A stretch of 64,000 bases of DNA from Massalongia carnosa (taxonomy: Eukaryota): contig OZ287087.1 of assembly GCA_965645245.1 (NCBI GenBank), positions 868,001 to 932,000 on the forward strand, in the 5' to 3' direction. Each line of letters opens with the position of its first letter. Positions within the stretch are counted from its first letter, which is position 1. Below, one piece after another: positions 57,301 through 64,000 of this stretch. Under the pieces are notes generated by a model. The model was not told where the DNA came from and ran no database searches. It was given only the letters and a program-made list of their open reading frames with translations. The translations under genes and the position numbers were made by a program.

Positions 57301-58443
57301 ATGTCTTCAGCAGAAGAGAACCTCTCCGAGCTGGATAAGCGTATTCGATTCATTCAGGAACGTCTTCAGGCAGACCCTCAGCAATTCCTGAGTCAAATGG
57401 ACAACCTAGAAGCCGAAGTAAACCAACTTCGCAACAATGCCAATACCCCTTCTATTTCCGAGCCCATACCTATCTCAAATCCACCCCCCCCTACCTTGGA
57501 TCCGCAAATCATGGCCATGATGCAGCTGCTCCTGGCGTCAAAAAACTCCCTCATCCGCTCCGAAAAGCTCCCGGACATCACGGAGTATGAGGGCGAAGAA
57601 GTCAAGCTGGATGCGTGGGAGCAGTCCCTGATTCAAAGAATGCATGTCAACAATGATCGATACCCGTTCGATCAAGCCAAAATTGCCTATGCCGAAAGCC
57701 GACTCACCATAGGCAAAAAGGCTCATAACCTAATGAATGCGTACAGGGTCGATGGCCTTTGCGTACTAACCTCATTTGCTGAATGGCGATCAGCCCTCCG
57801 CCGCGCATGCGGAAATCCCTACGAGCAGGAGGATGCTCGCAAATACCTTCGCGATATCCTCAAACAGGGAAGTAGTAGCTTCGAGGAGTACTACAACCTT
57901 TTTGCGCAGAAAAAAGACCGGTCCAAGATGGAAGATGCCAGCCTGATCGATGCCATGAAGGCAAATGTGAATTATTCAACCCAGACCGCAGCCCTAATGT
58001 ATAGGGTCCCCGGAACCCAAAGGCAACCAACCACCTTCGACGAGCACGTCACCATGTGGTTGGAGACAGATCGTGGCCTTCGGCAGATCCGCCACATTGC
58101 CCCAAAGGCGAACACCACCACTATCACCCCGACACCGAAAAAGCCAAACCCGTTATCAGCACTTCCCCCGACAGTCGCTCCCGCTGCCAAAGCACCTGTC
58201 GCTTCTCCCGCCTCCCCTGCGCTGCTCATTGGCGACCCCATGGACCTAAGCTCTGCCATGGCAGCGGTGAAAGGCCAATCGCTCAAAACCGAGGGGGTCC
58301 GCAAAATCTGCGAAGACTGGAAGTTGTGTTTCTACTGCAAATTGCAGCATCCAGGGAAGTCAGCAACTGACTGTCCCAACAAGCGAACCAACCTTCGGAG
58401 CATGGAGCTCGAAGCCCCTGATATTGATCAGGGAAAAGCCTAG
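57301..58443 (+). CDS. gag: Gag
   Basis: 380-aa open ORF with LKQG, GDPMDL and LCFYCKLQHPGKSATDCP. Confidence 0.93.
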   Translation: MSSAEENLSELDKRIRFIQERLQADPQQFLSQMDNLEAEVNQLRNNANTPSISEPIPISNPPPPTLDPQIMAMMQLLLASKNSLIRSEKLPDITEYEGEEVKLDAWEQSLIQRMHVNNDRYPFDQAKIAYAESRLTIGKKAHNLMNAYRVDGLCVLTSFAEWRSALRRACGNPYEQEDARKYLRDILKQGSSSFEEYYNLFAQKKDRSKMEDASLIDAMKANVNYSTQTAALMYRVPGTQRQPTTFDEHVTMWLETDRGLRQIRHIAPKANTTTITPTPKKPNPLSALPPTVAPAAKAPVASPASPALLIGDPMDLSSAMAAVKGQSLKTEGVRKICEDWKLCFYCKLQHPGKSATDCPNKRTNLRSMELEAPDIDQGKA

Positions 58444-58471
58444 TCTCTGCACATCGTCGCGTGCAGGGACT
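58431..58471 (+). promoter_or_regulatory. -1 ribosomal frameshift signal
   Basis: G GGA AAA heptamer followed by hairpin AGTCTCTGCAC/GTGCAGGGACT. Confidence 0.8.
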
Positions 58472-61400
58472 CCCCCCCCTTCTCATTTCCTCATGTTTGA
58501 TGGCCAGTTTTTCCCCCTCTTTGAGATCCAATACGCGATTTTCCGCAGCCTCCGCTTTGGAGCTGTTTGAATCAGATAAGACGTTCAGAGACAGTCACAT
58601 GGTGATGACAGGTATCTTGCGATTATCTAGATCTAGGATTAGAACGTATAATCTAATTGATTGTGGTGCATCTGGCTTTTCATTCATCGATGAGAAATTT
58701 GCGCATACTAACCAAATTCCCCTTCATCTTCTCAAATATCCCCGCCGGCTCGAAGGATTCGACGGCCAAAGGGCTCTATCCGGCAATATCACTCATGTGG
58801 CCGAAATCACCATGGATCTAGAAGGTCATGTAGAAAAACTCTTTCTATATGTCACCGGGTTAAAAAATTATCCCATTATCCTGGGCCATCCATGGCTCCG
58901 CCGGCATAACGCCATAGCCGATTTTGGGCATAATACGCTCACCTTTGCCTCCCCCTACTGCCTCACTCACTGTTGCCCCCACCCCGTCAAGCTTCAAGCC
59001 GTTGAGGAAGAGTTCCTCACCCCAGCCGAGAGTCGAAAAATCTGGGATGAAGAGATCCTCGAAGACGCCCTAGGAAAAGTTATCAATCAAGACACGTCTA
59101 TCAGAACGTCGATAACTTCTCTAGAAGAGGGGGAAGAAATTCCCACAATCAGAAATTCCATTCCTGACAATCCCGTCAAAATCGAGGAATCCATCCCTTT
59201 GTTCAAAACCGCGCGGCGCGATTTCACCTTAATCAAACCCGAAATCAATGAACCCGAACCCCAGCCTCAAAACCCCACCGATGAACCCAGTCGCATTGAA
59301 AATGCAATCCAGCAAGGGCTTCCCCCCCCGAAAATCCGATACCGAAGCCCGTCCAAATTGCGGACATCCACCCAAAGACGTGCTCATCAAGCAGCACGCA
59401 AAACCACCCCGCAGATGAATGTCTGCGAAATCGGAGCTATCTCCTTCAATCGACTGACTCGGAAGAAAAACCACGATAGTTTCGCCCTGTCCATGAAAGA
59501 AATTGACCTCTTTCTAGGAAAAACCAACCCCGAACCTCTAGTAATGAAAGCCTCACCTAGTTCAGCCCCCGATTTGATCGAAAAAGCCAAAAAACCCAGC
59601 CCAGCCTACCAACCATTGCCATCTCGAGCAAGCCCGCACGAGAAAGAAATCCACCTAGCCTTATTTAAGATGAATAAGGCCCTAACCCTAGCCACCGCCG
59701 TGACTCGTGAAGAGTTAGACGCTTACCGAGAAAGTAAGAACGTCGACCCAGCCCCCCTTCTGCCCAAGCAATACCACGAATTCCTAGATGTCTTCTCGAA
59801 GAAGAAATCCGAAGACTTGCCCCCCCGCCGTCCCTACGATCATGCCATAAACCTGAAAGAAGGTACGCAGGCCCCTAGTCAGGCCCTGTATGGTATGAGT
59901 CGTACCGAAATCGAGGAGCTCCGCCGCTACCTCGACGAAAATCTAGCCAAGGGATTTATTCGGGCTAGTCGCTCCCACGCCGCCTCCCCGGTGATGTTCG
60001 TGAAAAAGCCAGGTGGGGGACTTCGATTTTGCGTGGATTATCGTGCTCTGAATGCCATCACGATTAAGGATCGCTATCCGCTGCCCTTGATCGCCGAGAC
60101 CCTGCACCAATTAATCAAAGCCAAGATATTCACCAAGATAGACATCATCGCCGCCTTCAATATGCTCCGCATACGAGAAGGAGACGAAGAACTCACCGCT
60201 TTTCGCACTCGTTTCGGCCTTTTCGAGTCCTTGGTCCTACCCTTCGGCCTATGCAACGGGCCCGCCTCATTTCAGCACTTCATCAACGATACGCTTCACG
60301 AGTATCTTGCTGACTTTTGCACTGCGTACCTAGATGATATCCTCATCTACAGTGACAATGAGCTGGAGCACGAGGTCCACGTCAAAAAAATCCTGTCTCG
60401 ACTCCGAGATGCAGGCCTGCAAGCCGACATCACCAAGTGCAAGTTCCATGTCACCGAAATTGCATACCTAGGGATGATCGTGACCACCGAAGGGATAAAA
60501 ATGGACCCGGCCAAGGTGGAAACCGTCGTCAATTGGCCAAACCTCGTCAATGTGAAAGATGTGCAAAGCTTTCTGGGTTTTGCTAACTTTTATAGACGAT
60601 TCGTGTATGGGTTTAGCGACATAGCTGGCCCCCTAACCAACCTGACCAAGAAGGAGACGGAATTCCTGTGGACTGACAAATGCCAATTGGCATTCGAAAT
60701 GCTGAAAAAAGCTTTCACCTCCGATGTCATTCTCAGGCATTTCGACCCCGATCGTCCCATCATCGTCGAAACCGATGCCTCCGACTATGTTTCGGGGGGC
60801 ATTCTTTCTCAATACGACGATGATGGGATACTTCACCCCGTCGCCTACTTCTCAAAGAAGCACAATCCCGCCGAGTGCAACTACGAGATCTATGACAAAG
60901 AACTGATGGCAATCGTTCGATGTTTTGAAGAATGGCGACCCGAACTAGAAGGATCTGCCTTCCCCATCAGCGTCATATCCGACCACAAAAACCTGGAGTA
61001 TTTTGCCTCCACCAAGCAGCTCAGCCGTCGCCAAGCTAGATGGAGCGAATTTCTCTCTCGATTTGACTTCAAGATAGTCTATCGACCAGGAAAAGCCGGA
61101 GGAAAACCGGACGCTCTAACTCGTCGATCGGGAGATCTTCCTAAAGAAGGGGATGATACGGACGAGCGAAGGAAATTTCAACACCAAACCATTTTGAAAA
61201 CCGAAAACCTGGATGAGGAAGTCGCAAAAAGTTATTTGCGATCCATTCTTCTGGCACCAGCTTTCCTAGATGATGCAGATATCGAAGAAGCAGAACCTCA
61301 GCTAGATGAGGACCTCATCGATCCCGATGAGGATATCTCCACGGAGCTCCTCTGGGAACAAGCCCTGAAACGAGACCAATTCGCCCCCGAAGTCCTGGAA

Positions 61401-62888
61401 GCCCTTCGTAATAACGAGAGGCATCACAATCGAATCCAATTAGCCGAATGCGAAGATAGGGACGGTATCTTGTATTTTCGAAACAAGAAATACGTACCTC
61501 GATCCGATCGTCTGAGGCTTCGTATCATTCAACTCGCTCACGATAGCGTCGCCGGCGGACATCCGGGCCGTTCCAAATGCCATGAGTTGGTAAATCGATC
61601 CTACTGGTGGCCCAGCATGCATCAGTCCATCAAGCGATTTATCCGAAACTGCCACACTTGCAGAAGATCAAAACCATCCCGCCAGCGCTATCAGGGCTGG
61701 CTACGCCCACTCCCCCCCCCCGAGCGCAGATGGCGGGATATTTCCATGGATTATGTAGGCCCCCTGACCCCCAGCACCTTCATGGGAATCACTTATCGCT
61801 ACATCTTGGTGGTTATAGATCGCCTGTCCAAGATGCGACATTTCATTCCTATCACGTCCATGGAAGTTGAAGACGCCGCCGATGCGTTCTATCAGAATGT
61901 CTGGAAACTACATGGGCTTCCCGAAGCCATGGTTTCTGATCGTGGCCCCCAATTCGTCTCCGATTTCTGGCAGCTCATGTGCAAGAGGCTGAAAATCGAC
62001 GCCAAGCTATCCACCGGATACCACCCGGAGACCGACGGGCAGACCGAGCGAGCCAACGCCACCATGGAGCACTACCTAAGGGCTTATGTCAACTACATGC
62101 AGGATGACTGGGCACAATGGCTTCCTGGCGCCGAATTCGCCAGCAATAACACCGATTCATCTAGTATCCTGGCCTCCCCCTTCCTAGCCAACTTCGGGCA
62201 ACATCCCCGCATGGGATTTGAACCGGAGGAACCCCTGCCGCAAGACCTAACCGCTCAGGGCAGAGCAAACCTAGTTGCAGCCAATCAGTTCGTGAATAAG
62301 ATGCAGGATATCGACACTCATCTTCGAGACGAAATGCTGATGGCCCAAGCTTCGTACGAAGCAACTGCAAATGCTAACCGACGTCCCTGCCCCCGCTATT
62401 TCGTTGGCGATATGGTGTGGCTAAGCACCAGAAATATCCAAACCGCTCGCCCCACAGTCAAGCTGGATGACCGAAATATCGGCCCCTACCGCGTCAGCAA
62501 GGTGTTTTCCAACCCCTTGATCGTACAGCTGGAGCTTCCCGATACCGTCAAAATCCATCCCGTCTTTCACGTCAATCTGTTGCAGCATGATGCCAATGAC
62601 CCCCTCCCCGGGCAGAGACCGGAGCCTAGAGACCCCGTCATCGCCGAAGATGGCCAACGAGAATGGTATGTCAATAGGGTATTGAATTCCAAGCTCGACC
62701 GACGTTTTCAACCCCCGCTTCTGAAATACCTAGTGGATTGGGAAGGGCATCCTTCCACCTGGGAGCCTTTCAACTATCTCATCAATTGTCAGCAAGTCAT
62801 AGACGAATACCACCAAGCCTATCCCAATGCGGCCGGCCCTCATCTAAACCCCTGTCAAATTCCCCGTTGCCAATGCCACGAGGCATAG
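58431..62888 (+). CDS. pol: Pol (PR-RT-RH-IN-chromodomain), -1 frame relative to gag
   Basis: LIDCGAS, YLDD, ETDASD, SDRG, YLVDWEG; uninterrupted from the slippery site. Confidence 0.95.
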   Translation, partial: GKSLVSAHRRVQGLPPLLISSCLMASFSPSLRSNTRFSAASALELFESDKTFRDSHMVMTGILRLSRSRIRTYNLIDCGASGFSFIDEKFAHTNQIPLHLLKYPRRLEGFDGQRALSGNITHVAEITMDLEGHVEKLFLYVTGLKNYPIILGHPWLRRHNAIADFGHNTLTFASPYCLTHCCPHPVKLQAVEEEFLTPAESRKIWDEEILEDALGKVINQDTSIRTSITSLEEGEEIPTIRNSIPDNPVKIEESIPLFKTARRDFTLIKPEINEPEPQPQNPTDEPSRIENAIQQGLPPPKIRYRSPSKLRTSTQRRAHQAARKTTPQMNVCEIGAISFNRLTRKKNHDSFALSMKEIDLFLGKTNPEPLVMKASPSSAPDLIEKAKKPSPAYQPLPSRASPHEKEIHLALFKMNKALTLATAVTREELDAYRESKNVDPAPLLPKQYHEFLDVFSKKKSEDLPPRRPYDHAINLKEGTQAPSQALYGMSRTEIEELRRYLDENLAKGFIRASRSHAASPVMFVKKPGGGLRFCVDYRALNAITIKDRYPLPLIAETLHQLIKAKIFTKIDIIAAFNMLRIREGDEELTAFRTRFGLFESLVLPFGLCNGPASFQHFINDTLHEYLADFCTAYLDDILIYSDNELEHEVHVKKILSRLRDAGLQADITKCKFHVTEIAYLGMIVTTEGIKMDPAKVETVVNWPNLVNVKDVQSFLGFANFYRRFVYGFSDIAGPLTNLTKKETEFLWTDKCQLAFEMLKKAFTSDVILRHFDPDRPIIVETDASDYVSGGILSQYDDDGILHPVAYFSKKHNPAECNYEIYDKELMAIVRCFEEWRPELEGSAFPISVISDHKNLEYFASTKQLSRRQARWSEFLSRFDFKIVYRPGKAGGKPDALTRRSGDLPKEGDDTDERRKFQHQTILKTENLDEEVAKSYLRSILLAPAFLDDADIEEAEPQLDEDLIDPDEDISTELLWEQALKRDQFAPEVLEALRNNERHHNRIQLAECEDRDGILYFRNKKYVPRSDRLRLRIIQLAHDSVAGGHPGRSKCHELVNRSYWWPSMHQSIKRFIRNCHTCRRSKPSRQRYQGWLRPLPPPERRWRDISMDYVGPLTPSTFMGITYRYILVVIDRLSKMRHFIPITSMEVEDAADAFYQNVWKLHGLPEAMVSDRGPQFVSDFWQLMCKRLKIDAKLSTGYHPETDGQTERANATMEHYLRAYVNYMQDDWAQWLPGAEFASNNTDSSSILASPFLANFGQHPRMGFEPEEPLPQDLTAQGRANLVAANQFVNKMQDIDTHLRDEMLMAQASYEATANANRRPCPRYFVGDMVWLSTRNIQTARPTVKLDDRNIGPYRVSKVFSNPLIVQLELPDTVKIHPVFHVNLLQHDANDPLPGQRPEPRDPVIAEDGQREWYVNRVLNSKLDRRFQPPLLKYLVDWEGHPSTWEPFNYLINCQQVIDEYHQAYPNAAGPHLNPCQIPRCQCHEA

Positions 62889-64000
62889 ATAAGATGGCAT
62901 CGCAGGAGCTCTGCCTTGAAGGGGGAGCTACTGTCATGAAATGCCTCCGACCTCACCACGTGCCTCTATCACGTGCCTTGATCTGATGACTACTCACGGA
63001 CGTCGTGCCATGCCTTCGGGACCCTCATATCATTCTTCGAATTCGCCGATTACTGATCATTAATCAGCCTCGCATTGATGATTTATTCCCGTCTTTCGAC
63101 TATTATCATGTCTAATAGCTTCGCATTGATGTTTGACATCTCCCGTCTCCTCGCTGACCCCATCGTGCTTATTGCCGCTATAATGCCCCTCATTCATCAT
63201 CGCACTGACTAGACATCATTCGCCGCCACCCTAGAAAGATGAATATGGGAGGACAAAGATATAAGAAAGAAGTCGAATCATGGAAGTTCTGATTCTTTGT
63301 CGAACGTCTTGAATAGCCAACCTAGCCTAGCCTAGATTCATAGCTATAGACTCAATCAATAAGCTTGACCATCAACCCACCTTGCCTTTGCCCTTGCCCT
63401 CGACCTGATTTCGTGACACTCCAAATCGACACCAAATTGAAATAGGGAGCCCACATACGGAAAACACAGGAAAATATGACGTCACAGTCGCTGGCGCTAA
63501 CAAAAATATCGACATCCACCTGGGGAGCTTCTTTCGCGAAGGCCCGGCAGGTTTACACCGCCGTTGTTCGACCGGCAATGACTTATGGAAGCACCGTGTG
63601 GCATACACCTATGGAAATCAAGAAAAACAAGGCCACGACGTCCAAACTCAGCGTCATGCAGAACAAATGCTTACGCACCGTGACAGGGGCGTTCAAGGCA
63701 ACACCCGTCGAAGTTCTCGAAGCGGAAACGTCAATCGCCCCCATGGAGATGCATCTGGACAATCTACAGATAAAAGCAAGGTATCGTTTACGGGCCGCAG
63801 GGCAGGCGAACTAATTTCCAAAGCCTGCAATACAATAGCGAACAAGCTACGGGGTAAGGCAGGACGCAAAAGAACGCAACACCTCACCCCAGGAGAGTTG
63901 AAATACGAATGGGCCAGCAAAATATTAAATAACGAGGCACCAGTCACAATGCCCCCATTGCCCCGCCCTGGTCCACACCCGACCCGGCGCACCTCGAAAA

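Larger units (their letters stand above)
56738..63418 (+). mobile_element. Intact Ty3/Gypsy chromovirus-type LTR retrotransposon (element 2)
   Basis: 487-bp LTRs 56738-57224 and 62932-63418 (one mismatch seen), TSD ATCCA/CTCCA, PPT GAAGGGGGAGCTAC. Confidence 0.97.
52642..64000 (+). mobile_element. Tad1-like LINE (ORF1 52642-54448, ORF2 from 54445), disabled, interrupted by Gypsy element 2, runs off the window
   Basis: ORF1 Cys/His knuckles (QCFNCYKYGH...); ORF2 ILQYNV, IAIQEPW, PGPDG, GIPQGSPISP, FVND; resumes at 63419 (LG[I/L]QID); multiple stops. Confidence 0.95.

Noticed and set aside
1..64000. tRNA or rRNA genes
   Set aside because: None recognised by eye; tRNAscan-SE/Infernal would be needed to exclude them.

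Overview
Transposon-dense region of a filamentous ascomycete genome (spliceosomal introns, RIP-like C>T/G>A decay). It holds three Tad1-like LINEs, two related chromodomain Ty3/Gypsy elements (one intact, one internally inverted), a near-intact Copia, a RepHel (Helitron-like) pseudogene, pogo/Fot1, piggyBac and Tc1 remnants, hAT MITEs and many solo LTRs. Host-type genes are few: a NACHT-TPR NLR-like pseudogene, a kinase pseudogene, a CorA-like gene, an ATP adenylyltransferase, an F-box-like hypothetical and a Copia-disrupted PD-(D/E)xK-like gene. The best candidate for an undescribed system is a 1283-bp non-coding retroposon (5705-6987) with a 14-bp TSD. It starts exactly at the G1 of a predicted HDV-like self-cleaving ribozyme with an atypical GU/AC P1.1, and ends in the 3' hairpin and (ATC)n tail of the local LINEs. 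It therefore looks like a ribozyme-headed, LINE-mobilised SINE-like element. Other highlights: compensatory changes supporting Tf1-type self-priming in the Gypsy family, and long inverted repeats bracketing the RepHel gene. All calls were made by eye, with no database search or folding software.
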